Origin: Macrostomum lignano
Lineage: Eukaryota
Direction: 5' to 3'
DNA: 64,000 bases
Assembly: GCA_002269645.1 (NCBI GenBank)
Contig: NIVC01000121.1
Coordinates: 124,001 to 188,000 of the forward strand
Shown here: piece after piece, positions 24,287-37,904 of the stretch
Position numbering within the stretch: the first letter of the stretch is position 1
Layout: each line of letters begins with the position of its first letter
Made by a program: the position numbers and the translations under genes
Notes under the pieces: generated by a model
What the model saw: the letters and a program-made list of their open reading frames with translations, nothing else
Database searches by the model: none
Told to the model about the DNA's origin: nothing

Positions 24287-25801
24287 TGTGATGGCCTGGG
24301 TTGGGGATCGCTCCGCGATGGAGTAGTAATGGTGGAGTATCGATCGAATCGATGCACACGGGCTGAAACCACTGCCGGACAAGGTCACAGCTGTGCAGAA
24401 CGCGCCTGCTCCGAAGGATGTCAGCCAGCTGCGCGCCTACCTGGGCATGCTAACCCATTACTCAAAGTCCATGCCGCACTTGTCAACCGAGGTGGCGCCG
24501 ATGAACCAGCTGCTGACTAACAACACCCAGTGGGCATGGGGAAAAGCGCAGCAACAGGCCTTCAACAAGTCCAAGCGACTGCTGCTGTCCTCGGGTGCGC
24601 TCGTGCACTACAATCCAGAGCTGCCACTGTACTTGGAGTGCGACGCCTCGCCATATGGACTGGGGGTGGTTCTGTCGCACAGGATCGACGGCCAAGATCA
24701 AGCCATCGCCTTCGCAAGCCGCAGCCTGACGCCCGCACAGCGTAACTACTCTCAGCTGGACAAAGAGGCTCTGGCCATTATGTTCGGCTTGCACAGGTTT
24801 CACCAGTTCCTGTACGGCAGACGTTTCACCATCATCACTGACCACCAGCCACTCCTTGGTCTACTGGGAGAGCGCAAGGCCATTCCGGCACAGGCTGCAG
24901 CCCGCATGCAGCGCTGGGCCATTCGGCTCTCCAGCTACGACTACAGCCTGGAGTTCAGACCGATAGCGAAGCATGGTAACTGCGACTCGCTCTCTCGCCT
25001 TCCCCTCGGTGATCAGTTTATCGAGAAGCCAGCCGTGAACTCCCTGCTCATCGACAAAGAGGTCGGCTCGGCTCTGACTGCCAAGGTGATCGCACAGAAG
25101 ACGCGGACTGATGCGCAGCTTGGCAGGGTGCTGCTGTGTCTGCAGTCTGGCTCCCGGATCCCAGCTGCAGACGGTCTCGAAGCTTTCTCTGGCCGACAGC
25201 ACGAGCTCTCAATCGAACAAGGCTGCTTGCTGTGGGGATCCAGGGTCATCGTTCCGTCGGCACTCCGCCCGATGGTCTTCGGCGAACTGCACCAAGCTCA
25301 CCAAGGCGCTAGCCGCATGAGAGCGCTCGCGCGCAGCTACGTATGGTGGCCCGGCCTGGACAAGGACGTGGAGATCTCCGTTAAGGCATGCGAAACCTGT
25401 CGACTCAACCAGGCTGATCCGCCCAAGGCGCCAGTGCACCCATGGCCCTTCCCGTCCGAGCCATATGGTCCAGACTGCACATCGACTTTGCTCGGCCAGT
25501 GAACGGACGCACCTTTTTGGTGCTTATCGACGCGCACAGCAAGTGGCCGGAGGCGAAGCAGCTGACCAGCATGACGTCGGCCACGACAATCAACTGTCTT
25601 CGCGAGATCTTTGCGCGCCAGGGCCTGCCGCGGACTCTGGTGTCGGACAACGGAGCCCAGTTCATGTTGGGGCCCAGGAGCCCACAAATATATAGCAAAG
25701 CTAGACGATACGGTCTGGTTTACTTTTCTGCTTCTGTCTGCCACTCGGGAGCCACTTCCCTGTGCGATAGCCAATCAAGACTTCGTTCTCAAGTCATAAC
25801 A
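24287..25801 (+). mobile_element. Ty3/gypsy-derived cassette: RT C-terminus, RNase H and partial integrase between TG...CA ends
   Basis: LECDASPYGLGVVL, AFASRSL..AQRNYSQLDKEALA, ITDHQPL, HHCC (LHQAH...WWPGL...CETC), LHIDF, VSDNGAQF, with a frameshift near 25475. Starts TGT at 24287 and ends ACA at 25801; flanked by GGTCA (24282-24286, 25802-25806). Confidence 0.85.
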
Positions 25802-26015
25802 GGTCACTCGGCTGCGGCTTACAAGGCGGCGAAAGAGAGACTGGAGCGCGAGTATGGTGGCAAGAGGCGGCAGTTGGCTATTTTACTTAGAGGAATTAGA
25901 CAGTTTTCCACCCATGAAGCAGAATTGTGCAGAGGAGCTGAAGAAATTTGCGAATCTGCTGAATGTAGCTGTAATTAATTTGGAAGAAGCTGGCAAGAAC
26001 TCCGAACTTAGTGAT

Positions 26016-27005
26016 GGCCCGCCATCCTGTCCTTCCCGGGCCGTACCTCTGCGTCGACGGAACTCTGGTCGTCTACTGGAGTGTGAACTGTGACTTCACG
26101 GTCTTTCTGAAGGAGAAGCCCGGTCGCAATGGTGCCAAGCTGTTCCTGCTGACATCGGCTGGGAATCCAGACATTCAGGATGACACGGACATCCGCTATG
26201 TGTTCAATGCGGAAATCTGCACTGGTTAAGGAACACTGCTGTCCACTACTTTAGCATCACAGGAATCCGATGGTCGGCTGACCAAGGGCTCAGAGGTGTG
26301 GAGTGGTGAGCAAGTTGTTTGCCGCTTGGCTGATCCATTCAGAGGACACTGGTACAACATCACATGTGACAGATTCTTCTCGAGTCCTGCGCTGGTTTCT
26401 TGGAACAGTGATGCGCACTCGTGGTGCCGATCTCAAGAATTCAACTCAAAACATGGCTCCACACACGAGCGAATTCCGGTTTTCTGAGGAGCTCACGTAT
26501 GTGTCCTACTGGCCCAAGGTGGGCCGAAGCATGATGTTGCTGTCTATCATGCATCACGACAAACAATTGACACGTAGCAGCTGTGAATGCCGCTGCTATC
26601 TGGAAACTGGCGCACCCAGAGCTCTACGCCTCGCCGAACTATCGCAACGAGTTCCAGCGCAAGGCAGCTGCGCAACTTCTGCAACCTCTGATCGAGGAGC
26701 GCTCGCAATCGGCCGCTCTTCTTCAGAATCTGTCTAATCATCACCAGCTGATGTTCCAGCTTGCAGGTTGTCAAATCGACGACGAGCAAATGAAGAAACA
26801 GGCACGCGAAGCGGCGGCTGTGGTGTCAGTTAGTGGCAGAATGCGCTGTGCAACATGCGCGAGACAAAAGTCAAGGGACGAGAAGCCTGCCTTGAGTGCG
26901 ACAACAAGGAAGTGTTGCATGTGTGACGAGGGAATTTGCCGAAGACACACTGCGATGGAAGAGACAATGAGTCACCATTACTGCGCACGTTTTTCACCTA
27001 ATTAA
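26016..27005 (+). pseudogene. Degenerate piggyBac (PGBD-like) transposase, C-terminal half
   Basis: PGPYLCVDGTLV...EKPGRNGAKLFLL...YVFNAEICTG and VVCRLADPF...NITCDRFFSS match piggyBac DDD motifs. The C-terminal RCATC...KCCMCDEGICRRH is the Cys-rich domain. It carries stops and frameshifts. Confidence 0.8.
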
Positions 27006-27799
27006 ATAGTGAGAATTGACGCCGCTTTTGTGTCTATGTGTCGTTCAGATATTTTTCTCTGAATTTGCTGTAATATCATTTTTTACATTAAATACTTTAT
27101 ATTTTTTGGTCGCCAATTAAATCTGTAGCTCTCCGATGTACCACGGTGCAAAAGCATTGTATTATATGCAGACATGCCTGGTTTGATGCCTTGATAGAAA
27201 AATCACGATGTTGAGGGTGCCCGCTCGTCAGGACCGCGTAGTGGCACTCCGTTGAAGGTCCCGAAGGTCGCCTTTATGTCTACAGGTCAGCCTAGAGGGT
27301 CGCAATCGTCCATTTCATTCACCGATTATGTCTAATGACTGAATACTTCATGCAGAAAAGGATTCTTCTCAATTCCATTTCAGTTTTGTGAACGCATCCG
27401 TCTCTGAGATACCGATCGGGTGCTTTTGTTGAGGGTCCAGACGGTGATGAAGGGGACCCTGGGGCCTGGGATGCTGAGAGCAAAAGTCCCTGCGACTGAT
27501 ATGCATAGTTTGTTGAGCCGACGTGGTTTCATGATGAGATTTTGTGAGCAGAAAAAATTTGCCAATGTTGGTGGTTTTTGCCACAAGACACCCCGAGGAG
27601 AATCGTTGAATATCTCGACGATGCCGATTTTTCGTAATCATTCTCGAAGTTGCTTCATCGAATAGAGCGGAAAATTTTAGCACGTGTTTCTGGATTTTCA
27701 TGGCAATTGGTTGAATATTTTTGGAGATACAGACAAAGGAAAAATGTGTGCACTTGAAATACACCTCCCATGGTCTTTCTACTGTTAAAAGGCAGGAAT

Positions 27800-28160
27800 C
27801 AAATGGCACAGGAAATGCTGCAGGATAAACTAGCTATGTAAGATTTGTGCAGGAATGGTGCAGGCGGCCGGCACAGAAACGACACAGGAATGATGCTCGC
27901 GGGTACATGTACGTGATGCAGGAAGTGATGCAGGATTAATGATTTCTTTAATAATCGAGGAATGATATCTGAATGATGCGGGAATTGTGATGCAGGAATG
28001 GTTGCGTGATTACGCAGGAATGATTCTCGATCAATATGCATTTACATGTAAATAGTTGATTGATGCCGCGGGAATGATTTTGATGCAGAAATGATGCCGC
28101 GGGAATGATTTTGATGCAGAAATGATGTCGCGGATAATGCAGGAATGATGCAGGAATTTT
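27800..28160. repeat. Degenerate tandem repeat (GATGCAGGAAT-like)
   Basis: Recurrent TGATGCAGGAA / GCGGGAATGA motifs. Confidence 0.6.
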
Positions 28161-30299
28161 GCGGTCTCCCCCTAACTGACCCGATTGCTTGCCTATGTAT
28201 TGTACATTGTACCTCATTGTTATTTGCAGCGGACTACTCATTTTCTGCCTGTCAAATACATGTATCGTATTTTTAACCGTGAGTGTGAGATACATGTAAT
28301 ATTAATTATAAGACTCCCATGGCCAAATCTGCAACCCCAGGAATGCTCACGCCAACAGACCAAAGCAGACACGCACAGTGTAATAAAAGATGGGGCTAAA
28401 AAGTAAAACCTCGATCTCCCTATATCTGACTATGCAGTCTAGTGAATGAAGGCTTTTAAATGAATGCAAGTTTTTATAAAACCAGAGTTCAACTCGATAC
28501 AACCGAACCTGATCAAGTAGTATAGTACAGTGCTCCTCCCTGTGACGCATTGTAGGCCGCGGCCTTTGTCAGCAGTACACGTGCTAATAACAGTTGTGAT
28601 CAGGAAGACAGGTTTTCGATCAACGCAACCTGAAATGTAAATGTGCAGTGATTTTAACTTTTCTGTTACGGTGCAATGTACGTGTAAATTAATTCTTTAC
28701 TAGTTATGGTTTGACTAGAGTATTTTTACACATGCGTGTGTTCTATAAAACTGTTTTTTGACGTGTATATATGCATAAGCCGTATGGTTCAAGTTGAAAA
28801 TACTAATCAAGTACATGTACGTACACATGTATTATATAAATTAGCTCGTACAACAATTGTGTATGGACTGAATTAAATGGTATATCGGCTCGAGAGCTAT
28901 ATGCCACACGCTATTAAATGATCTTTTAACACTTATTACATGTGTACACTGTACAGTATTGCCTTCAATCACTGGCATCAACATACGAACTTTATTTTTT
29001 GTTGGTATTATACTAGTAAAACCACTAGTGGTGCCAATATAGCGCTCGTGACAGATATAGCGCTCGCGCTGGTGAAGCAATTAAAAATTGCATGGGTACA
29101 AAATATGTGCTTAATTAAAACAATAAAGTAAGTCACAACTGTACAATAAACCCATGCACATGTACATGTACATTCATATATGATATCCAAGCTACATCCT
29201 TTGCACTGTGTACATTTATGCTGCAGTGTGGTCAAGTTAGTAACAATTGCAGCCAAACTGTCTACTAAAAGTAATACTAATAAAAGGAGTAAATGCAGGT
29301 ACAGTAAACCTTTAGACCAAATGAACTTCACGTAATTATTAAAAATAGCACCTACCTGCTCTCATGCCTCATACATACCGTTTGAGCAGTATAAAAAGTT
29401 CAAGAATACAAAATAGCATCAGAACTATAAATGCATGAAGCTCTGACTACTTAAAGAATTAGCTAGAAATAGGCGCACAGAATCCGAGCTTTTCACTGAC
29501 TCAAGACAAATGCTATAAATTGTTTCGTTCACTTTAGAAAGAATAGTAATGCTTAGGAGTCCACAAGAATGAGCTCCACATAAAAAGAAGAAGCTAAAGC
29601 AAAGATCGCTAAAATTTAGGTGAATGCTATGTTACGAGTAGAAGTGACAAAATTAGCAGTTACATGTAAAAGACTCCAAAATGGAACAATTAGAACTCAG
29701 TTGTGGAGACATAAGCATGATAAGAGTGCAACAGCCAATATACATTCCAGATACAAGGCCTTTGCCCGGTAGCAACCGACCATGCGTTTGTAGTTTGAAT
29801 GAACCCTTGCCGTTGCTAGAACAGTGGGAGCTAGGGTATGTGGTATTTACTAGCAGAAAATCTATCAGCCGAAGTTCGCTAGCCGAAATCTGCTAGCAGC
29901 AAAAACAGCAATTTGCCATTTCTGTTGGCATATACGAAAATACAGACCGTGTATCTTTATGACATATTTATAAAATAAGAAAACAATTTTTATAATTGAA
30001 TTTGCCCATTGCCAATAGTGTTTCTTTAATTATGCTAAAAATGTACGTAGCAGTGTACATGGTGGTGTACAGTCTCTATGGATATGGTCAAAGTACAATT
30101 TACTATACGTTGTTTACTTAAGAGGTTACTTCCTCGCCGTCTCGCCGTCTTTCTCTGCCTGCTGGTACCTCAACTGTGACATCAGCTTGCTTTGCCTTGT
30201 ATCTGGAATGTACATCCTGCGCCGGCGGCGACTTCAACTGGCAGGCCACGTGATCCGGGCAGAGGGCTACTGCCCCAACCTGTTCAGGACGTCCTGCTG

Positions 30300-31330
30300 C
30301 TCACCCTGCAGGGCCCGGACAGGCGGGGTCAGCAACCCGTAGATACGTCGACTGCCTCCTACACGACGCCGCGGCGCCCGACACTGCTAACGGGGCGGAC
30401 TTCGTCCGCTCTAAGGCTCTGCGGCGCGCCATCTGACGCACCCTGCTTCGTGACTTTGCTTGCGGGGCTGCATAATTTGTTGTTGTTGTTGTTGTTGTTG
30501 TTGCTGTTGATGCGAATATTGAGTGCATGTTGCCTTCTTTCTGAGTGGATCTTTCCATATGGAACTGTTTTGCAAAGTCGTTCCTTTTACCGCACTTTGT
30601 GTACGTCTTTCTCCCTGCTGGACATTTATCCTTGTTCCTGGTCACAAAATTTACACACCCGACTTCGTGATGTTGATAAGTTCGCACTTGTGTTTGACTG
30701 AGAGTGCTTATTAGCGGAACATACTTGCAGATATCCGTGCGTCCTCTCCCTTCATGACAGCGCAGCTCTTTCGTGAGCTGTCCATTGATTCGCAGATGGT
30801 CTTTGCTTTCTTCAATATTAGCTCACTACCTTCTTCTAGAAGTTTTCCACGTTTCCAGAATCCCGAATTCCCATGACTATCCGGTCTCTCAACTGGTACT
30901 CAATGCAGTTTCCACAAAATCGTTCAAAATTACACCTGGATGATATTTCCTTGTACGCTACACACATATACGAGTTATTGAAGCTTTTGCTATCAGCTTC
31001 ATTCCGTAGGAAGAACGCTCGTCTCTCAAATATTTCATTCGTCTGCCCAATGTAGTGTAGAAGGCTTCTAACGACTAAAGTTTTAGTTATCTCCTGGGCG
31101 TTATCATTGTTCTCCTTTTTAAGTAGCGGCATTCCATCCACTATCTTGAGCGTCTCCATGCTCAGGCACTGCCGAAGGGCATATAGTTGGTATTTCTTCT
31201 GTTCCTCGATGTCGTTAAGCCCCGACAGCCCTTCGAACGCTTCTCACATCAGCTTCCATTGTGGAAACAAGCTCCTTTGAATTTCAGTGCCGAATTGTGG
31301 AACGCTTCGAACATCGATCTTCGGCGCCAT
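30300..31330 (-). pseudogene. Decayed Ty3/gypsy gag
   Basis: MAPKID...(stops)...YALRQCLSMETLKIV, FERRAFFLRN, SRCNF...QLRDRIVMGIRD and a CCHC-like TKCGKRNDFAK. Confidence 0.65.
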
Positions 31331-32652
31331 TGTCACAGGAACGCCACAGGACAGTATAAATACAAATATAGCTATAAATATAGTGCCACTACCAGCTACT
31401 TAGGCTGAGGGTCGTGTGTATACGAGGGTATTGTTGTGTCGTGTAACTTGACAGACCAACTTGATGATAATATTGTTACGCTGATATTTCTACTATAAGT
31501 ATGGTATAACTTAAATGCTAACATATTAATATTATTCTTGTATTTTACTTATACTGCCATTTTCAGTAGTGTAGTTGATAAATTATCTGTATAATGTATT
31601 ATTGACCGCGTGACATCTCTGGCTCTTTAATTTATCGATCGTGTAGTTTTTCTAGTGGATAAAATATCGATCATGTAGTTTTTCTTTAATGACTAAAAGA
31701 AAAATAAGCAACTGTGCGCACTTAGCACTTTATTTTGCAACTACAACTGGAAACTTCAAGTCTCGGCTACACAACAGGTACCCGCCTTCTGGCGCGCTAA
31801 AACATAATCAATATCAGGAGGATTTATCTACGACGTATGAAATTGCAGTTTTGGTTAAGCAAAATCCTCGAAAGCAAACTTCGGTTTATTTTGTCAAGCA
31901 AGTTTCTTCTGCTAGATTTACTATTCAGAACTTTATAGACCCGTATCTGTATATAAGTGTCAGCTTTTTGCTTCCTCACGAACACTAGCTGATACAGAGA
32001 AGACATATTGCATGAGAAACTTACAAGTTTTGGCCTGCTGGCACGCAAACTGCATGAGCTGCAACAAGATGGCAGCTAGTTAATATTTTGGTTCCATGTT
32101 GCTATACATTCAAGCTTGAGATTTTATGTAGACAAATAAGCGGGTAAGGAATAAGCTGAAGCTATTTTTTTACAGTCGTAATAGTTGAATTTAGTGTACA
32201 TTATTGTCTCAATGTGTGAATTGAAATCATTGTTGCACATAAGCAAAATCCCTATTTGTACAAGCTATGGAGTTACTGGGGGTTAGTTTCAATACGAGCA
32301 GGACAATGGCCTGTGCACAATTGCTTGCAGTGCGCATTGCTTGCTCAAGAGAATAAAAGGGAAGAGAGCAGGGTAGAGTAGAGTAAAACGCAATAGAGTG
32401 AAGCAGGGAAGAGCGATCACCAGCTTTTATGCAGCAATATTTGTAAGACTTGTCTTATGGCACTGCGCTCGTATTATCAATAGATCAAATGATGAGGACG
32501 CACTTTTTTTCAAACTTCACGCTTGCACATGGGCTCCAAACTTACTAGCCTACTAACAGCAGGCTATTGGCATATTTTCTTCTCTGTATGTAATTTTCCT
32601 AGAATTCATTCTAGTTATATGATTTTGCCATACTAGTAGTTATAATAACATA

Positions 32653-33022
32653 GGTGCTGCTTTTGGGTCATAAATCATTGCTTTCGAGCTGGTCTGACAG
32701 CCACCTGCGCTTCACTCACTGTTGAGGCTGGCGCCAGATGGTCTGAGAGGATGCGGGCGGTAGCTTTTTTCTCGTCATTTTTGACAGGCCATCAAGATTT
32801 ATGAGGTCAGGGCAGCTATTGTTCGTGTTTACTCAAGCGTGTGACAGCTTTGACAGCTATGCGTTTTACCCGTAAAAGTACGTTTAGCGATTTCTCTTCA
32901 TTTTCTTCACTTTCTACTTAATAAGAGCTTTCTAATGTATATTTTTTCATTATTTTCTGTCATTCCTACGCGAAAGGTCATAAATCATTATGTAGCGATT
33001 TTGAGTGATTTATGACCGCACC
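32653..33022. mobile_element. MITE-like element
   Basis: GGTGC...GGTCATAAATCA at the left end and TGATTTATGACCGCACC at the right end are inverted, with an internal extra GGTCATAAATCA. No TSD seen. Confidence 0.45.
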
Positions 33023-36000
33023 TGTCGTATTTTTATGGCCCCGAGGGAACTGATAGGATCTTCTGGTCACGTGAGTTTGGGTGACAACAAGCTCAGCCAA
33101 TCAGAAAATTCGACGTGCGTTATAACAAATCGGCTCAGCCAATCAGCGTCGAGGTGTTCCATTATAACAAATTGCGGTCCAGTCGACGGCTATTTAAACC
33201 GGCGTTTTTGGCCCGCTCGGACTCAACCTCCTGCTCCGCCTCCTGGGACTTTGGCCTAACTTAGACTTCCCGGAGCTCGACCCTCGTCTCTTGATCCCCG
33301 GATCGCGACTCCCCCCATCATCATCAAGGACGAACCCCCAGTCGTCAGCAGCGAACATCAAAGTCAAGAGCATCACCTGCTAGCTATCTGCGAAGATTGT
33401 GACATCAGCATCATCCCGGGTCTACAGCTGCGAAGCACTAAGCCGATTCGGTCACGTGGATTACCTGGTCTCCGGCTGTTGAGTTTCTGATTGGTTGGGT
33501 GAGAGGCTACCTAGACTTGCTTGATTGGGTGATTCCCTTGTCTGTCCCCTATTTCAGTAGCTGGATTAGGCGCACACTTTTGCTCATTTTGTTCAGTAGT
33601 GCTGTTATCGAGGCAGAAATCATTCAATAATACTGTTAGTAGTCTGAGACTCCAATTCAATCTGAAGTGTGAAGTGATTTAAGGAGAAGGTTAAATCTGA
33701 CAGTTATTTTTATCGGTTTTATTTCTTTGTTCGCCGATGGCTCAGATGAGTAGCTAAGCTAGTAGGCGCCGGTCACATTGGACCAATGGCAAGGCAGTTC
33801 TCAGTCGATCAATCTATCAAATCAGTGAGCAAAATTGCCAATAGTGCAAAATCGGCGCTAGAGATGTACTCTGTGAACTCTAGGTCCGCCAAGCGGCTCG
33901 GGTAATGAATCATGCGGTCTCCGGTGTTCGAAAGGCCAAAAGTACAATTCCTCGTATTTAGCAATGTAATAGTACATGTAGCTACCACATAGTCTCGCCA
34001 CTGCAAGAATCCTCTGAACAAGTCCCCTCTGTACCTGCATGGCCAATGCGATCAAGTCCCAGCAGTGTCCCTTAACATCGGCTATGACTTCGAGATTGAC
34101 AGCAAAAAGACACTAGTTGGCAGGTAAGTGCTAAGCCCTCTCTAGTCGGAAGCCCGAATTCGAAAGTTCCGGTTTGGTGAGCCAGGACGCACGGGCTGGT
34201 GACAGCGGGTTAGTTAATCTGTGGATTAGCTGATCTCTACCTTCAAAATTCTCCCTGCTTGTCTCTCGCTGTCCCTCTCTTAGCTATTGGACCTAGACTG
34301 CTCGCCACAAGATCAAGCTACCTTGGGGCTGACCATCTGACAGGAGTGGGGGGCCAGGACTCTAATTGATTTATTTCTGACACCTGAGGCCCGAAGGCTT
34401 CCCGAAAGGGGCCGAAAAGGCCGAAACCCATCAAATCGTTAAATATCTCCACGTTTGAGAAGGTGCGCAACAAAAGTTGGCCCGTGTTCTTGAATTTCCC
34501 GTGTCTGCGTTGCTCCTTCTAGCGCAACAAAACCATTTTCAGGGAAGGGGGAACCATGCAGGCTAGACCACCAGGCTACGGCCGCCCCTAAAGTGCACTC
34601 CTTTTACACTTACACAGTGCCTCCATACACAGTCGTCAACATAATTAAAGTCCTGTTTTATGGGAGTTTCTGAACTAGTTAATAAGCATACTTGACGTTA
34701 AGGAATTTACAGATTAGCATAAACATGTACACAAAGTGTACTCTGGTACCACACCTACATTATATACATAACAGCGCACTACATTTGATGTGTTCCTTAT
34801 TACCCGACTTTCGATAATCAAGGAACAATCACTTCTAGCTCTGTAGCTAGGCAACCCAGTAATCAAATTAAGGTATTCAATCACCTTTAATCCGGATTCG
34901 TAGATCTCGTTCTTGAGTCGTTCTCAACTGTAGATCTCTCAGTAGATCTCGTAGACTTCTAGACGTCTTCAGGTGTCGATCAGGTCCGAGTTTTCTTCTT
35001 CTCTCCTGTAGAAGTAGTTCCGGCCGGAATCTGTCGTTCGGACCAATAGGAAGCTTCCAAATTAACAATGGGGATCCCTGCGCCAAACTGCGGTCTTAAT
35101 TAAGCCTCCTTCTTCTAGCAGTACCTCTATGCACTCTAGGAATAGCTCCGGAAACCACTGATAGTCTTCTAAGATCTATCAGGGGCAGTCCTTCTGGAGA
35201 CTGCAACCAGTACGAGCGTCTAAACAGAGTCTAAAGAGTCTAAACAGACCCAAGAGTCTCAACAGACTCAAACTAAACTCAAGTCACACTGGACTTGAGC
35301 GAGACGTCTCTAACAACAACGGGCGCAAATAAGGAAGGCTTACCGCAACAACTCGACCGAGTCTTGGTCCAGGAAGTCCGACTGTGGCTTCCTCTTCGGA
35401 GCTCTTCTCCTTCCGGAGGATTTGTGGCTCCGGGTCCGTTCCGGACCACTTGTATTTATAGGCGTTCAGACCTTTCTCGAGGTCGTACATCACTGTCTTC
35501 GCAAATGTCAAAGGGTCACGATTCGGTGGCTGTCAAGCATGACAGGGTAGAAAGTTGCGCAACTAGTCTACTGTAAAAGCGCATGATTGGTTACCGTAGC
35601 TGGTAGACTTTGATTGGTTCATCCGGAGCAACCCGAGTGCAAACCAAATGATGAATTGAAGGTGAAGTTTGAATTGACAGTTGTTGGTCGCACGTGATTG
35701 GGTGATTTCTAAAATTAGCATGCTCAAGGTCTCTCTCTTCCTATTGGTTAGTCAGAATATACTTATAATTCAAAGCATACCTTTATAAATTCTCTTCAAC
35801 TTACTACTGAATAAAATGTGTGAGTAGTACATTAACACTTTTATGTCTTTTTTACGGGAGGTAGAACACTCTACACATTTTGTGCAATATAATAGCCTAG
35901 CGTCATTTACTTAAAAAGAAAGGGTACACGTGTATAGAATCCACACACACACAAACTTCTGGCAGTATCTGATAAAATGTACATGTGCCCGTCTATATCC

Positions 36001-36459
36001 TATATTTAGTCTACAGTACATGCATACACTTCAAGAGATGAACACTCGTACACTCACTCATAATCTCTGTTAAGCCCTGTTAAACTGAAATACAAATGTA
36101 CACCCCATGGTCAGAATTATTTTTTAAGAAATTTTATCTATTGATAGTTTAAGCTAGTGTAGTAATTTATAACTTTAGGAACAAAAAAGAAGGTACTAAA
36201 TGAGTCACGACACACCATATGCCATATTGAACGGCTGCACATTCCCAAAATAAAGAACATGGATGGTACCTTGTAAAAGGCAACTTCCATAAACTTGGGC
36301 GTTCAAAATTCGTGTGTTCAAATTCAAACTCAAATTGTTTAAAAATGGACTCCGCTTTCCAAACTTTGACTGCTGAACTTTCAATTGCCAGCGATACTCG
36401 ACTTCAAAACAAAATTAATAGTTTTAGTTCTAAAATGAAAAAAAATGTAATTGCAAATT

Positions 36460-37530
36460 TGTCCCTCTCTGACTCTCCATGGGTCCCTCTCTGACTCTCC
36501 ATGGCTGTCCCTCTCTGACTCTCCATGGGTGTCCCTCTCTGACTCTCCATGGGTCCCTCTCTGACTCTCCATGGGTGTCCCTCTCTGACTCTCCATGTGT
36601 GTCCCTCTCTGACTCTCCATGGGTGTCCCTCTCTGACTGTCCATGGGTGTCCCTCTCTGACTCTCCATGGGTGTTCCTCTCTGACTCTCCATGGGTGTCC
36701 CTCTCTGACTCTCCATGGGTGTCCCTCTCTGACTGTCCATGGGTGTCCCTCTCTGACTCTCCATGGGTGTTCCTCTCTGACTCTCCATGGGTGTCCCTCT
36801 CTGACTCTCCATGACTGTCCCTCTCTGACTCTCCATGGGTGTCCCTCTCTGACTCTCCATGGGTGTCCATCTCTGACTCTCCATGGGTGTCCATCTCTGA
36901 CTCTCCATGGGTGTCCATCTCTGACTCTCCATGGGTGTTCCTCTCTGACTGTCCATGGGTGTCCCTCTCTGACTCTCCATGGGTGTTCCTCTCTGACTCT
37001 CCATGGGTGTCCCTCTCTGACTCTCCATGACTGTCCCTCTCTGACTCTCCATGGGTGTCCCTCTCTGACTCTCCATGGGTGTCCCTCTCTGACTCTCCAT
37101 GGGTGTCCCTCTCTGACTCTCCATGGGTGTCCATCTCTGACTCTCCATGGGTGTTCCTCTCTGACTGTCCATGGGTGTCCCTCTCTGACTGGGTGTTCCT
37201 CTCTGACTCTCCATGGGTGTCCCTCTTTGACTCTCCATGACTGTCCCTCTCTGACTGGGTGTCCCTCTCTCTCCATGACTGTCTCTCACTGGGTGTCCCT
37301 CTCTGACTCTCCATGGCTGTCCCTCTCTGACTCTCCATGGGTGTTCCTCTCTGACTCTCCATGGGTGTCCCTCTCTGACTGTCCATGGCTGTCCTTCTCT
37401 AACTCTCCATGGGTGTCCCTCTCTGACTGTCCATGGGTGTCCCTCTCTGACTGTCCATGGGTGTCCCTCTCTGACTCTCCATGGGTTTCCCTCTCTGACT
37501 CTCCATGAGTGTCCCTCTGTGACTCTCAGT
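36460..37530. repeat. 24-bp minisatellite, array 2 (same unit and strand as 4651-5765)
   Basis: Directly visible. Confidence 0.97.
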
Positions 37531-37904
37531 GAAAGCTAAATGCTAAAGGTAATGAACAAATTATAATTTAATATAGTTATATAAATTTCAGTTTTTCGTA
37601 AATCTCAAATCGGACAAATAAGTTGAAATTGACTAAAAGAGAGTTGCGACAAGAAACTTTATAAGTGCAACTGTACTGTAAGGGTACAGCGCTAGCAAAA
37701 TTGAATGTTTTCATATATTTATTGTCGATTTATTGGTTACAGCACATGTTACAAAAGGAACTTTCTAGTTGAAACTGTACTGTAAAGTTACAGCGCAAGG
37801 AAGCTTAATAGGAAGTAACATTTTTCATTATATTAATAGCTTTAAATTTCACTTTTTGAAAATGCTTTTGGCAATATAGGAAGTTTCCAGCAAAACGCGT
37901 CAGA

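Larger units (their letters stand above)
22981..26015 (+). pseudogene. BEL/Pao gag (DUF1759-like) fragment, split by two later insertions
   Basis: LRRVEISTFYGEKQQYEAWKAAFMACIDRAP...KLLQL..YLKGAALKDIEHLGH (to 24286) resumes as SAAAYKAAKERLEREYGG.RRQL...EELDSF (from 25807). Confidence 0.75.
22628..27784 (+). mobile_element. piggyBac-like transposon with ~350-bp TIRs and TTAA TSD, carrying retroelement cargo
   Basis: TTAA|CAGTAGAAAGACCATG ... CATGGTCTTTCTACTG|TTAA. Inverted repeats 22628-22980 and 27436-27784; piggyBac transposase 3' half inside. Confidence 0.88.
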
